From the NCBI GenBank assembly GCA_963720715.1, contig CAVRGM010000003.1:385808-449807 (forward strand): 64,000 bases of DNA, given 5' to 3'. This DNA is from an uncultured Chloroflexia bacterium (lineage in GTDB: Bacteria > Chloroflexota > Limnocylindria > Limnocylindrales > CSP1-4). Each line of letters opens with the position of its first letter. Position 1 is the stretch's first letter. Positions 20,915 to 30,647 of the stretch are shown piece after piece. The position numbers and the translations under genes are program-made. Below the pieces are notes generated by a model, which was not told the DNA's origin, did no database searches, and saw only the letters and a program-made list of their open reading frames with translations.

Positions 20915-21145
20915 ATGGCTGGTGAAGGCACGTTCGTGTGCGAAGTCTGCGGCGAATCGATCCTGGCGGGCGAGCCCGTCGTCATGGGCCAGGAGAGCGA
21001 CGGCGCGACCCTGCCAGGGATCCTGGACGCCGGGTCCGACGGACGGATCGGCATGTTCCACGAGGACCACTGGCAACTCCGCATCGGTGACTGGCTGGAG
21101 CGAGACCGCGGGCACGCCACCGGGCCGCGCCCCGGCGGGTCGTGA
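20915..21145 (+). CDS. small Cys-containing (zinc-ribbon-like) protein, 76 aa
   Basis: Strong RBS GAAGGAGGgttcagATG. CxxC pair (FVCEVCGES) and an MFHEDHW motif. Ends next to the convergent CPBP protease gene. Confidence 0.4.
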   Translation: MAGEGTFVCEVCGESILAGEPVVMGQESDGATLPGILDAGSDGRIGMFHEDHWQLRIGDWLERDRGHATGPRPGGS

Positions 21146-21149
21146 TGGG

Positions 21150-21881
21150 TCAGGCGGCTGCCGCGAGGGTGACGAGGGTGAGGATGTAGGTGTGACCGAT
21201 CGATCCCCACACGATCGAGCGGGTTCGCCAGGTCAACCAGCCATAGACGAGTCCGCCGCCGAGCGTCGAGAAGAGCTCGAGCTCCGGCTTCCCCAGGTGC
21301 GCGAAGACGAACGGCATCGTCGCGACCAGGACTCCAAGAGGCCCGATCAGTCGGACGAGCGTCAGCATCAGGAACCCTCGAACGGCGAACTCGGTCGCGG
21401 TCAGATCGATCGCGTTCGCCAGGATCAGCCGGCCGGGCGCTGTCAGGTTTGGCGCGTAATAGTCGCGAGCGTCGGGCAACGTGGCGAACCAGAGCACGAT
21501 CGGAGTCATCACCAGGCAGCCGGCGACCACCAGCGCCGCTCCCCACCGCCATTCACCCATGGTCAGCCCGTACCGGGCGGGGCGATCGCGAAAGCCGAGG
21601 AGGACGACGCCGAGCGGCACGAGTCCGAACAGGATCAGGCGGTCGATCGAGGTAGCGAACAGGGTTTCGTCCCTCGACCCGTTCCTGACCTCGTCGGGGA
21701 TGAACGTCCGCGAATAGTCGAATAGCAGGGCGAAGGTGACCACGGCGATGGCCACGCTGGCTCGAACCGGGAGACGCAGGCCGAACAGCCCGACGGTCCG
21801 CAGGTCGGCCGCGTCGGCGGGGTAGTCAGGTCCGTCGGTCAGGGCGAGCCAGGCGCCGCGGAGGTGATACGGTGACGGCAC
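21150..21881 (-). CDS. CPBP-family intramembrane metalloprotease (CAAX protease / Abi-like)
   Basis: Motifs EFAVRGF (EExxxR-like), FVFAHLGKPE (FxxxH) and SIGHTYILTLV (HxxxB), in a protein with about 7 transmembrane helices. Confidence 0.7.
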   Translation of the reverse strand: MPSPYHLRGAWLALTDGPDYPADAADLRTVGLFGLRLPVRASVAIAVVTFALLFDYSRTFIPDEVRNGSRDETLFATSIDRLILFGLVPLGVVLLGFRDRPARYGLTMGEWRWGAALVVAGCLVMTPIVLWFATLPDARDYYAPNLTAPGRLILANAIDLTATEFAVRGFLMLTLVRLIGPLGVLVATMPFVFAHLGKPELELFSTLGGGLVYGWLTWRTRSIVWGSIGHTYILTLVTLAAAA

Positions 21882-21909
21882 GCACCGAGGGTAGCGTCCG
21901 GGTAGTCGG

Positions 21910-22665
21910 TCAGTCGATCTCGAAGACGACGGTCACGTTCGCGGTCAGGTCCTGGCTGCCGGGCTCGACGGGCGTCGCCAGGTCGGTCAGGGCGCCGGCT
22001 CGCACCGGGCCGTAGTAGATGGGCGAGTTCGGTGTCGCGTCCGTGATCGAGATGACGGTTCCCAGCGACACGTTGCCCGCCTTGGCCAGCGCCTGGGCAC
22101 TCGCCCGCGCTGCCGTGACCGCAGATGCCCGCGCGTCATCGAGCGCCTTGGCGGGATCGGCCATCTCGAATGAGATGCCATCCACGTTCGTCGCACCCTT
22201 GGCGGTCGCGGCATCGACGACATCGCCAGCCTTGTCCAGGTCGCGGACGGTGATCCGGACCTGTTCGCTGATCTGGTAGCCGGTGACTCGAGGACTCGGA
22301 CCCTGTGCGTACTGCGGGTAGAGACTCAGGTTCGTCGTCTGGATGTCGGCATCCGCGATACCGAGGGCCTTGATGGCGGCGAGGATGTCGGTCATCGATT
22401 GGGCGGCGGTCGCGCGTGCAGCCTTCACGGTGGGCTTCGAGCTCGTGACGCCGAGTGAGATCCGGGCGACATCGGGAACGACGGTGACCGTCCCGGTCGC
22501 CGAGACCGTGATCGTGTGGGCCGGTGGCTGGGATGCATCGGTCGGCGCGCCATTGACGGGTGCAGTCCGGACCGACAAGGCCGCGATGGCGACGATGGCG
22601 GCCCCCAGGGCGACGCTCCCGAGCGTCCGGATGGTCTGGTTCACGGCGTTCACCTGCAGCAGCAT
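21910..22665 (-). CDS. SIMPL-domain (BP26/OMP28-like, DUF541) secreted protein
   Basis: Signal/transmembrane N-terminus and characteristic repeats (…ITVSATGTVTVVPDVARISLGV… / …QDLTANVTVVFEID). Confidence 0.75.
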   Translation of the reverse strand: MLLQVNAVNQTIRTLGSVALGAAIVAIAALSVRTAPVNGAPTDASQPPAHTITVSATGTVTVVPDVARISLGVTSSKPTVKAARATAAQSMTDILAAIKALGIADADIQTTNLSLYPQYAQGPSPRVTGYQISEQVRITVRDLDKAGDVVDAATAKGATNVDGISFEMADPAKALDDARASAVTAARASAQALAKAGNVSLGTVISITDATPNSPIYYGPVRAGALTDLATPVEPGSQDLTANVTVVFEID

Positions 22666-22854
22666 TGTGGTGACCCGACAGCTCGGTCACCGTCCGGTCG
22701 AGACGGCGCGGCGCGGCCGTGGGTTCCATGCCTATCGGCGCGAAGCGTTCCACGCGAGATCGCGGGGCTTCGCGACTGTAATCGTCGGCCGACTTCGTCG
22801 TTGTCATGGTCAGATCCCCAAACCTACAGGTTCCATGGAAAGGACTGACCGCCC

Positions 22855-23556
22855 ATGCGCAGGACCCTGCTCATCCCGTTCGCCGCGGTCGCGGTGTTGG
22901 CCGCGATGCTGCTTCCGGCAGCTGCACTCGCATCGGAGCCGACCGCGCCCGTCGTCGCCGCCGAGCCCGCCAACCTCCGCCTGGGCTGCTCCGTCACCCG
23001 GTACCATGCCGCCGCGGCTGTGGTCTGCAAGTGGTCGGCGGCCGAGTCTGACAACCTGCGCGGGTACAGGCTCTGGCGGACGGTCGGTGCACCCGGCAGC
23101 CACGCGCGCGTGTTGATCGGCCGGATCGGGGCCGACCAGCGCCTGCGACACCTCGACACCCGGGTCCGACGCGGGCACATCTACACCTACGCGGTCGTCG
23201 CGGTCGCCAAGGATGGCTCCAAGGTCGCCGTCGGTGGTCCCGTCGCCGTCCGCATCCCGGGTCGACACCACGGGCTTCGGATCGCGTGCGCGTTCCGCGC
23301 GGATGGTGACGTGCCGGGCATCGGCTGCAAGTGGTCGGCATCCAAGGCACCCAGGGCCATCGGCTACGTGTTGTGGCGGTCCGTCGACGGCGCTGCCCGA
23401 GAGGCGATCTACCTGACGGCGCTGGACGGCCAGCGACATTTCTTCGACACGGACATCGCGCCCGGCCAGACCATCCGTTACGCCGTCGTGGCCGTGAACG
23501 GACAGGGTCATCGGGTCGGGAGGGGCGGGCCCGTGTTCGTCCACGTGCCGAAGTGA
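22855..23556 (+). CDS. secreted protein made of two tandem homologous domains of about 100 aa (FN3/Ig-like, 2 Cys each)
   Basis: Signal peptide MRRTLLIPFAAVAVLAAMLLPAAALASEP. The two halves align (C..CKWSA….GY.LWR.VG…….D……Y.YAVVAV…G..VG.GGPV.V..P). Confidence 0.55.
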   Translation: MRRTLLIPFAAVAVLAAMLLPAAALASEPTAPVVAAEPANLRLGCSVTRYHAAAAVVCKWSAAESDNLRGYRLWRTVGAPGSHARVLIGRIGADQRLRHLDTRVRRGHIYTYAVVAVAKDGSKVAVGGPVAVRIPGRHHGLRIACAFRADGDVPGIGCKWSASKAPRAIGYVLWRSVDGAAREAIYLTALDGQRHFFDTDIAPGQTIRYAVVAVNGQGHRVGRGGPVFVHVPK

Positions 23557-23630
23557 CGCGACTGGCGATCGCCAGGCAGGATCCCTGAGGACCCGGGACT
23601 ACGGCGACACAGGCGGTCAGACTGGAACCG

Positions 23631-24203
23631 GTGAGACTCGATACCCATGAGGATCTCGACGAGCGGACGTTGGTCGAGCAGGCCCGGGTCGACCCGGAGG
23701 CCTTCGCCGAGCTATACCGCCGGTACGTTGCCCGGATCTATGCCTTCGCCTATCGGCGCACCAGCCGGCCCGAGGTCGCCGAGGACATCACCTCGGCGAC
23801 CTTCGAGCATGCGTTGCGCAGTCTGGCAACCTTCACGTGGCGACGAAGCGGGTTCGGACCTTGGTTGTTCCAGATCGCTTCGAACGAGCTGGTCGATCAC
23901 TATCGACGTTCGACGCGAGCCGGTTCTGACCGGACCATCGCGGCGACTCAGGCCCTCCTGCCCGACGGGCCGCCCGACCCAGCCGAGATGGTCCTCGTTC
24001 GCGACGCGGTTGCGGAGGTCGTCGCAGCCATGGACAACCTGACGCCCCGGTATCAACAGGCGCTCTCGTTGCGCTACCTCTCTGGTCTGACGACCGAGGA
24101 AGCGGCGGCCGCGATGGGCACATCCAGGGCCACGATGGCGGTCGTCGTGTTTCGAGCGACTCGCGCCCTCAGACGAGTCCTGGCAGATGAGCTCGGCCGA
24201 TGA
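23631..24203 (+). CDS. ECF-type RNA polymerase sigma factor
   Basis: Sigma-70 region 2 (…AFAELYRRYVARIYAFAYRRTSRPEVAEDITSATF…) and region 4 (…LSLRYLSGLTTEEAAAAMGTSRATMAVVVFRATRALR). Confidence 0.8.
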   Translation: MRLDTHEDLDERTLVEQARVDPEAFAELYRRYVARIYAFAYRRTSRPEVAEDITSATFEHALRSLATFTWRRSGFGPWLFQIASNELVDHYRRSTRAGSDRTIAATQALLPDGPPDPAEMVLVRDAVAEVVAAMDNLTPRYQQALSLRYLSGLTTEEAAAAMGTSRATMAVVVFRATRALRRVLADELGR

Positions 24204-25198
24204 ACGACGACGTCCGGCGGTCCCTGGAAGAGGCAGGTCGCCGCGAAGTGCCGGACCCGCGCGCCGGGTTCGCACCGGGTCTCCAGGCGCATCTGCAGGC
24301 GATGGCGGCGGAGACCCGACCCGCGGGTGAGCCCCCACCTCCGCCCCGCCGACGGGATCCTCGGTGGTCGCCGGTCGTCATGGTGGCCAGCATCACCGCT
24401 TTGGCCGTCCTTGTGGTCGCGATCGCGGTCCTGGGCGGCGTGGATCGGTCGACCCGCGAACTCGAGCTTGCCGAACCGGTCAATGTCCTGGTCGTTCTGG
24501 CGGACGGGACGACGCTCCAGGACCCGGACGGTCTTTTGCTGCCCGATGGGGCCGTCATCCGCGTCGGCGTCGGTGGTTCGGCCCGGATCGGCGATTCCGT
24601 GCTGGCCGCGGGTGACTCGGCCACGGTCGACGATTCACACCGACTCCGGATCGATCGGCAGTCGCGGTCAGCCTTCACGAGCCCAGAACGGACGTCAGTG
24701 CCGACCCCTCCTCGGACCAACCGGCCGACGCCGGCACCGACCCGATCGCCCGCCCCCACGCCTCGACCCTCTGCGACGAGCTCGACGGGCACTCATGCCC
24801 CGGCCCCGACGGCGACACCACGGCCGACCAGGACCCCGACGACCACACCGACCTCGCCCTCGGCAACCGACCCAGGCACGACTCCGCCGGCCGAGGTCAA
24901 GCCGCCCAAGCTCGCTGCGCGAGCGTCCGGACCGTCAGAGATCCAGGCGTTGTGGACCAAGGTCCCGGGTGCCCGGCGCTACATCCTGATCGCCACCCGG
25001 TCGCGGCACGGCCCAGCCGCGGACCCGATCTACCCTGGATCCTGGGTCATCGGCCGGTTCGTCAGGCGGCCCGCTGATCCGGTCACGATCAGCGTCAACG
25101 AAGCGGTCGTCGAAGTCAGGCTCCAGGTCATCGTGCTCGGTCCGGGGGGCGTCGAGCTGACTCGGAGCAAGATCGTGACCGTGTCACTTCGTCCCTGA
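24200..25198 (+). CDS. putative anti-sigma factor (single-pass, Pro/Thr-rich linker, C-terminal beta-rich domain)
   Basis: ATGA overlap with the sigma gene. Short cytoplasmic N-terminus, transmembrane helix VVMVASITALAVLVVAIAVLG and PT-rich spacer. The C-terminal domain loosely resembles the repeat unit of the upstream secreted protein. Confidence 0.5.
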   Translation: MNDDVRRSLEEAGRREVPDPRAGFAPGLQAHLQAMAAETRPAGEPPPPPRRRDPRWSPVVMVASITALAVLVVAIAVLGGVDRSTRELELAEPVNVLVVLADGTTLQDPDGLLLPDGAVIRVGVGGSARIGDSVLAAGDSATVDDSHRLRIDRQSRSAFTSPERTSVPTPPRTNRPTPAPTRSPAPTPRPSATSSTGTHAPAPTATPRPTRTPTTTPTSPSATDPGTTPPAEVKPPKLAARASGPSEIQALWTKVPGARRYILIATRSRHGPAADPIYPGSWVIGRFVRRPADPVTISVNEAVVEVRLQVIVLGPGGVELTRSKIVTVSLRP

Positions 25199-25244
25199 AA
25201 CGCGGACGCACCCGAACGGCGCGCGGCGCGCCTAAGATGCGTCG

Positions 25245-26975
25245 ATGGCGACCGACTTCAGGGGCGTGTCATCCGACCCGACCACGCTCGTCGAGCTGAT
25301 CCGGGCATCCGTGATCGGGGATGACGAGGCCGTGGCCGGCCCGTTCGGGACGCGTCGGGTGACGTATGCCGACTACACGGCATCCGGCCGCGCCCTGACC
25401 TTCATCGAGGACTACCTGCGAGACGCCGTCCTGCCGTTGTACGCGAATACGCACACGGAATCATCGGGCACGGGTCTCCAGACGAGCCGGTTCCGGGAGG
25501 AGGCTCGGGGCATCATCCGGTCGGCCGTCGGCGGCACCGATGCCCATGCAGTCATCTTCTGCGGATCGGGCATGACGGCGGCCATCAACAAGCTCGTCGA
25601 CGTCCTGAACATCCGGATCCCGGCAGACCTGGACGAGCGGTATTCGCTTCGATCGCACATCCCGGCCCGTGAGCGCCCTCTCGTCTTCATCGGGCCATAC
25701 GAGCACCACAGCAACGAGCTCCCATGGCGAGAGTCGATCGCGGACGTCGTCACCATCGGCGAGGACGCCGATGGCCGGATCGACCTGGCCAGCCTGGAGC
25801 GGGCGCTCGAAGCGAGTGCCGAGCGACCCACCCGGATCGGATCGTTTTCCGCAGCGTCCAACGTGACCGGGATCCTGTCCGACACGCGGGCGATCTCCGT
25901 CCTGCTCCATCGACACGGCGCGCTGTCCATCTGGGACTTCGCGGCGGCCGGGCCTTACGTCGACATCGAGATGTCGCCACACCGTTCGGGGCCGGATGCC
26001 GACCTGGACTACAAGGACGCCATCGTCTTGAGTCCGCACAAGTTCATCGGCGGCCCGGGGACGCCGGGCGTGCTGGTCGCTCGCCGCGAGTTGTTCCGGA
26101 ACCGTGTGCCGACGGCTCCTGGCGGTGGCACGGTCGCCTACGTGAACCCCCTCGAGCACGTCTACCTCGCCGACCCCGAACAGCGCGAAGAGGGCGGCAC
26201 GCCGGCGATCGTCGAATCCATCCGGGCAGGCCTGGCGTTCCAGCTCAAGGAGCGTGTCGGCAGCGAGACGATCCGGGCGCTCGAGGAAGACTTCATCCAT
26301 CGGGCGATGGCTTCCTGGTGCGAGGAGCCCGGGATCGGCCTGCTCGGCAATCCGACCCTGCCGCGCCTGTCGATCGTGTCCTTCACGGTCCGCCACGACG
26401 GCCGGTATCTGCACCACAACTTCGTGGTGGCGCTCCTGAACGACCTGTTCGGCATCCAGTCTCGTGGCGGTTGCTCATGCGCCGGTCCGTACGGGCATCG
26501 ACTGCTCGGGATCGACATCGAGACATCCCACGCCTTCGAGCGCGAGATCTCGCTTGGCTGCGAAGGCATCAAGCCCGGCTGGATCCGGGTCAACTTCAAC
26601 TACTTCATCAGCGAGGCCGTGTTCGACTACATCGTCGACGCCGTCGCCCTGGTGGCACGCGACGGGTGGCGGCTCCTCCCCTGGTACCGGTTCGACCCGG
26701 CCAGCGGCATGTGGCGTCACGCGACGGGATCCCCGGAGGCCCCGCTCTCCCTGCACGACCTTCGCTACGAATTCGGCGGACTGAGCTATCCGGCCCACCG
26801 ACATCGCGAGCCCGAGTCGCGCTTGACCGACTATCTAGCCGAAGCAGCGCGGATCGTCGCGGACCCGATCGGCGCGCTGGGAACGGCGCCCGACCCCGAA
26901 CCCCTCGACCTCGGAGAGGACTTCGAGTCACTGCGCTGGTTCTGGCTCCCGGACGAGATCAGGACCGGCGTCTGA
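25245..26975 (+). CDS. PLP-dependent aminotransferase class V family protein (576 aa, cysteine desulfurase/sulfurase-like)
   Basis: …VTYADYTASGRAL…HAVIFCGSGMTAAINKL…SPHKFIGGPGTPGVLVARREL… is consistent with class-V PLP enzymes, with a long C-terminal extension. Confidence 0.75.
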   Translation: MATDFRGVSSDPTTLVELIRASVIGDDEAVAGPFGTRRVTYADYTASGRALTFIEDYLRDAVLPLYANTHTESSGTGLQTSRFREEARGIIRSAVGGTDAHAVIFCGSGMTAAINKLVDVLNIRIPADLDERYSLRSHIPARERPLVFIGPYEHHSNELPWRESIADVVTIGEDADGRIDLASLERALEASAERPTRIGSFSAASNVTGILSDTRAISVLLHRHGALSIWDFAAAGPYVDIEMSPHRSGPDADLDYKDAIVLSPHKFIGGPGTPGVLVARRELFRNRVPTAPGGGTVAYVNPLEHVYLADPEQREEGGTPAIVESIRAGLAFQLKERVGSETIRALEEDFIHRAMASWCEEPGIGLLGNPTLPRLSIVSFTVRHDGRYLHHNFVVALLNDLFGIQSRGGCSCAGPYGHRLLGIDIETSHAFEREISLGCEGIKPGWIRVNFNYFISEAVFDYIVDAVALVARDGWRLLPWYRFDPASGMWRHATGSPEAPLSLHDLRYEFGGLSYPAHRHREPESRLTDYLAEAARIVADPIGALGTAPDPEPLDLGEDFESLRWFWLPDEIRTGV

Positions 26976-26986
26976 GGGGTCTGGGG

Positions 26987-27063
26987 TGGCCCGCCCGGAG
27001 GGATTCGAACCCCCGACCTACTGATCCGAAGTCAGTCGCTCTGATCCACTGAGCTACGGGCGG
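26987..27063 (-). tRNA. tRNA-Arg (anticodon UCG)
   Basis: Reverse complement folds as ccgcccg-ta-gctc-agtggatca-gagc-g-actga-CTTCGGA-tcagt-aggtc-ggggg-ttcgaat-ccctc-cgggcgg-g-cca. Anticodon TCG, G37. Confidence 0.85.
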
Positions 27064-27132
27064 CTGGTGCGGAGCCAATCATAGCGGCTCCACTTTCGGC
27101 ACCATCGAGGCGGTGTCCCTACACTCGGGCGC

Positions 27133-27786
27133 ATGACCATCGACGTCCTGATCGAGCAGGGTGACAAGCGGGTATTCGCCTCCGCTCTCGACTGGCCGGG
27201 CTGGGCCCGCGCCGCCCGGACGCCCGAGGCCGCTCTCTTGGCGCTCGAAGCTTATGGCCCACGCTATCGACCAGTGGCCGAGCGTGCTGGTGAGCAGTTC
27301 CCGGCTCGGCTGAGCTTCGATGTCGTCGAGACCGTGCCCGGTTCGGCTACCACCGACTTCGGTGCTCCGGACGGGAAGGCCGTCGCCGACGAGCGGGGGC
27401 TCGACAAGGCACAGGCGCATCGACTGGCATCCCTGCTGGATGCGTGCTGGGCCGAGCTCGACCGCATCGCCGCCGAGGCACCCGAGGCGCTCACGAAAGG
27501 CCCGCGCGGCGGAGGTAGGGATCGCTCCAAGATGCTCGCCCACGTGCTCGACGCCGAAGGGAGCTATCTGCGCAGCATCGGGCTCGACAGGTTCGACGTA
27601 TCGACCGGCGACCGGTCCGGCATCGAGCGTCGACGGGCGGTGATCGGCGCGGCATTCCGGGCCGCTCGCGATCCGTTCCCTGAGAGCGACCGCAAGGTCT
27701 GGCCGTACCGGTACGCGGTGCGCCGCTTCGCCTGGCACGTCCTCGACCACGCCTGGGAGATGGAGGATCGAACGCCGCCTGGATGA
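27133..27786 (+). CDS. hypothetical protein: HicB-like N-terminal fold fused to DinB/YfiT-like His-rich C-terminal region
   Basis: N-terminus MTIDVLIEQGDKRVFASALDWPGWARAARTPEAALLALEAYG resembles HicB/UPF0150. C-terminus has LAHVLDAEGSYL … WHVLDHAWEMED. No hicA partner seen. Confidence 0.45.
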   Translation: MTIDVLIEQGDKRVFASALDWPGWARAARTPEAALLALEAYGPRYRPVAERAGEQFPARLSFDVVETVPGSATTDFGAPDGKAVADERGLDKAQAHRLASLLDACWAELDRIAAEAPEALTKGPRGGGRDRSKMLAHVLDAEGSYLRSIGLDRFDVSTGDRSGIERRRAVIGAAFRAARDPFPESDRKVWPYRYAVRRFAWHVLDHAWEMEDRTPPG

Positions 27787-27795
27787 CCTTCCGGA

Positions 27796-28251
27796 TCAGG
27801 CCGAACGCCGAATGTCCTCGAACGCGCCGTTCGCCAGCAGCAACTCGCGGCGTCGAAGGCCGCTCAGTTCGTACCACGACAGGGTGGCCCGGTTGAGGGC
27901 GCTCGGGCTGACATCGACGCCGCGGGCGATGACCGACGCTCGGACTGCGGCACTGACGAGGACGGCTGTCACCTTCGCCGCGACGGTGGCCGGCGGGTCG
28001 CCCTGGGCTATGGCGGTGGCTTCGATCTGACCGGCCCTCGCGAGGGCGGCACACATGAACGCGTCGGCCTGTTCCGCTGGCAGCAGGCTCGCGCCGGACC
28101 GCAGCAGGGCATGCGCGGCCTCGGTCGCGCACAGATCGTCGCCGGCAGCGGTTCGCAATGGGATCTCTCGACCGTCGAAACCGCGCAACGGCAGGCCCTG
28201 CCGCAATCGCTCAACGAGCAGGGGCAGGTCGGTGTCAGTCTGGGGGTCCAT
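27796..28251 (-). CDS. hypothetical Ala-rich protein (151 aa)
   Basis: Longest ORF in this gap. No motif recognised. Weak call. Confidence 0.2.
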   Translation of the reverse strand: MDPQTDTDLPLLVERLRQGLPLRGFDGREIPLRTAAGDDLCATEAAHALLRSGASLLPAEQADAFMCAALARAGQIEATAIAQGDPPATVAAKVTAVLVSAAVRASVIARGVDVSPSALNRATLSWYELSGLRRRELLLANGAFEDIRRSA

Positions 28252-28407
28252 CGGGCGGCGTTCCTCGTGTGTTCAGGTGGCCGCATTCCCGGCCGAGTGC
28301 GTCGACCATACGTTCCGTCGGTAGCGCTGCGGTGCCCGGAACGATGAAGAATCGCTATCGGAGTCGGGGCATTTGCGCTGCGCCGTCCGGGGTGATACAC
28401 ATCCCCG

Positions 28408-29253
28408 GTGCCCAGTCACTCTCGCGGCTTCCGCGGACCCTTGCTCCTGCTGCCCACGGCCGTCGTCCTCGGGCTGGTCATCGGCATCGGTTTCGCGATC
28501 GCCGGCCCGTCAACACCCGTCGTCGGATCGAACGCCGCTACCGCTGCGGCGGCGACCGATCCTATCGAGGCGGGAGCGGTGACGATCGATCCGACGGAGC
28601 CTGACGCCGTGGCCGCGGCCCCGAGCGGATCGTCGGTCGTCCCGCCGGTCGCATCCGACGCGCCGGATCCTGCCGACATCGTCCCGTCGCTCAGCTCATT
28701 GAGCGGCTACCAATGGCCACTCCCACACGCCCGGATCACCCTGCCCTTCGGTCCGACGCCGTGGGGGACCCGCATCGTCGAGGGGCAGAAGTTTCATGAC
28801 GGCGTCGACATGGCGACGTTCTGCGGCGACCGGATCGTGGCTGCCCATGATGGCGAGGTGCTCGCGGCGGGCCGCCATTTCGATCAGGCGATGGGCTGGC
28901 TCGGTGGTCTGCGGCGGTACACGGAACGACTTGATCGCAAGCAGCTGTGGGGCACGTTGCCGATCGTCATCGTCGTCGATGACGGTAACGGCTACCGGAG
29001 CGTGTACGCGCATTTCGGCAAGGTCGTGGTCAAGCGCGGCGACATGGTGACGGCCGGCCAGTTGATCGGCTACGAAGGCATGACCGGCCGGGCGTCCGGC
29101 TGCCACGTCCACTACGGCCTGTTCAGCCCGAACGAGACCTCGGCCTTCCGGATCGAACGGGACGTCGCCCAGCGGATGAAGCTGCCGCTCGAGGAGATCG
29201 CCCGGGTCGATCCATTGGTCGTCCTGCCCCCCCGCGCTAAACCGGCCAGCTAG
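28408..29253 (+). CDS. M23-family (LytM-type) metallopeptidase, membrane-anchored
   Basis: N-terminal transmembrane helix and M23 motifs HDGVD … HFGKV…GYEGMTGRASGCHVHYGLF. Confidence 0.85.
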   Translation: MPSHSRGFRGPLLLLPTAVVLGLVIGIGFAIAGPSTPVVGSNAATAAAATDPIEAGAVTIDPTEPDAVAAAPSGSSVVPPVASDAPDPADIVPSLSSLSGYQWPLPHARITLPFGPTPWGTRIVEGQKFHDGVDMATFCGDRIVAAHDGEVLAAGRHFDQAMGWLGGLRRYTERLDRKQLWGTLPIVIVVDDGNGYRSVYAHFGKVVVKRGDMVTAGQLIGYEGMTGRASGCHVHYGLFSPNETSAFRIERDVAQRMKLPLEEIARVDPLVVLPPRAKPAS

Positions 29254-30647
29254 CGCCGTCGGTAGCGCCGGCCGATCAGCCAATACGCCGGGATCGAGGC
29301 CAGTGCCGCCGACAGGGTCGCCTCGCCGCCATCGCGCGTCTCGAGCGCCAGCAACTCATCGGTCGAGGCGGGATCGGCCGGTCGGGCGTCGACCTCGGCG
29401 AGGTCGATCGCGACCCGACCCGGTTCCGCAGGACCCAGTCCGGCCACCAAGGCGTCGGGCCGGCCGCCGGGTTCGTACTCCGCCCGGATCTCGGCTTCCG
29501 CGCGCCAGCTCGGCCGTCGGAGCAGGATCGCCTCCCAACTCGAGGCCACCGGGGCGCTGACCTTTCCGTCGCCCGGTGACGACGTGGCGCTGACCGCTTC
29601 GCCTCGGGCCCAGCGAGCCGCCTGATGGAGCAGCCCGTACTCGTCGAGATCGGCGTAGCCGGACAGACGCTCGGCCGGCGAGGCGTCGCCGAAGATCGCC
29701 CGGATCGAGGGTCCGAAGACCTCGGCCAGGTCAAGGTCGATGGCCCGGACGGTCCGGTGGAAGTAGACCTGCTGGTAGATGAATCGGCGTGAGGTCAGGA
29801 ACATCTCGAGGGCCGGCAGGCCGGGCTCGAACAAGGTCAGGCCGCGCTCCGAGATGAACGTGTAGCGACGCAATCGCTCGACGTCCACGGGCCCGATCGC
29901 GACACCGGTGAGATAGGCGTCACGTCGGACGTAGTCGAGATTGTCGACCGTGAACACGCCCGACAGGAGTGGCTGGAGGAGACGGACCCAGCGCGGCATC
30001 GTCGGGTCCGCGATGGCTGGTTTCGAGATCAGGAAGGCGACCCAGGACGGATCGATGGCCTCTCCATCGGCCAGGGCGTCGCGTTCCGGAACGGCGCCCG
30101 GTGCCCGCCGGAGGCCCCCGATCAACCCGCCCAACTCGTCACGGATGATCTGCTGCGAGAGGTCTTCATGGGTCAACCGCTTGTCCGTCACTCGACGCGC
30201 ATCCGAGGGGGCCGCGAACCCGGCAAGGACGTGGTCGTCGAAGAAATGGGCGAACGGTCCGTGCCCGACGTCATGGAGCAGGCCGGCCATCCGCAGGGTC
30301 TCCACGACCAGGCCTTCCGACGGGAGCGGGTCGCCCGCGGTCGCCAACGTGCTGCGCAGGCTGGGGTACAGCGAGCGAGCCCAGAGCCCGGCCTCGTGCA
30401 TCACCCCGAGACCATGGGTGAAGCGCGAGTGCTCGGCGGTGGGGAAGACCCAGCGGGCGCTCTGGAGCTGGCTGATCCGGCGCATCCGCTGGACCCACGT
30501 CGTGTCGAGGAGATCCTCCTCCGCGACGTCCTCATCGGCCAGCCCGGCTGCCCCGGATTCGGCCCGTGTCAGACGCTTCGTCAGCTCCACGTAGCCATGG
30601 ATCGGATCGCTGATCAGGTTGACCGCGGTGAACGGGTGGCGTCGCAT
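29250..30647 (-). CDS. dNTP triphosphohydrolase (SAMHD1/Dgt-like HD-domain protein)
   Basis: ISDPIHGYVELT … WVQRMRRISQLQSARWVFPTAEHSRFTHGLGVMH … LLHDVGHGPFAHFFD are the diagnostic dGTPase-type HD motifs. Start ATG overlaps the WYL gene stop (ATGA). Confidence 0.8.
   Translation of the reverse strand: MRRHPFTAVNLISDPIHGYVELTKRLTRAESGAAGLADEDVAEEDLLDTTWVQRMRRISQLQSARWVFPTAEHSRFTHGLGVMHEAGLWARSLYPSLRSTLATAGDPLPSEGLVVETLRMAGLLHDVGHGPFAHFFDDHVLAGFAAPSDARRVTDKRLTHEDLSQQIIRDELGGLIGGLRRAPGAVPERDALADGEAIDPSWVAFLISKPAIADPTMPRWVRLLQPLLSGVFTVDNLDYVRRDAYLTGVAIGPVDVERLRRYTFISERGLTLFEPGLPALEMFLTSRRFIYQQVYFHRTVRAIDLDLAEVFGPSIRAIFGDASPAERLSGYADLDEYGLLHQAARWARGEAVSATSSPGDGKVSAPVASSWEAILLRRPSWRAEAEIRAEYEPGGRPDALVAGLGPAEPGRVAIDLAEVDARPADPASTDELLALETRDGGEATLSAALASIPAYWLIGRRYRRR

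Noticed and set aside
20823-21725. 300-aa + ORF overlapping the CPBP protease locus
   Set aside because: Low-complexity translation. The minus-strand CPBP protein has the diagnostic motifs.
25461-27052. 318-aa and 442-aa ORFs overlapping the class-V aminotransferase gene and tRNA-Arg
   Set aside because: Off-frame or antisense to a gene with recognisable PLP-enzyme sequence. The 442-aa ORF would run through the tRNA.
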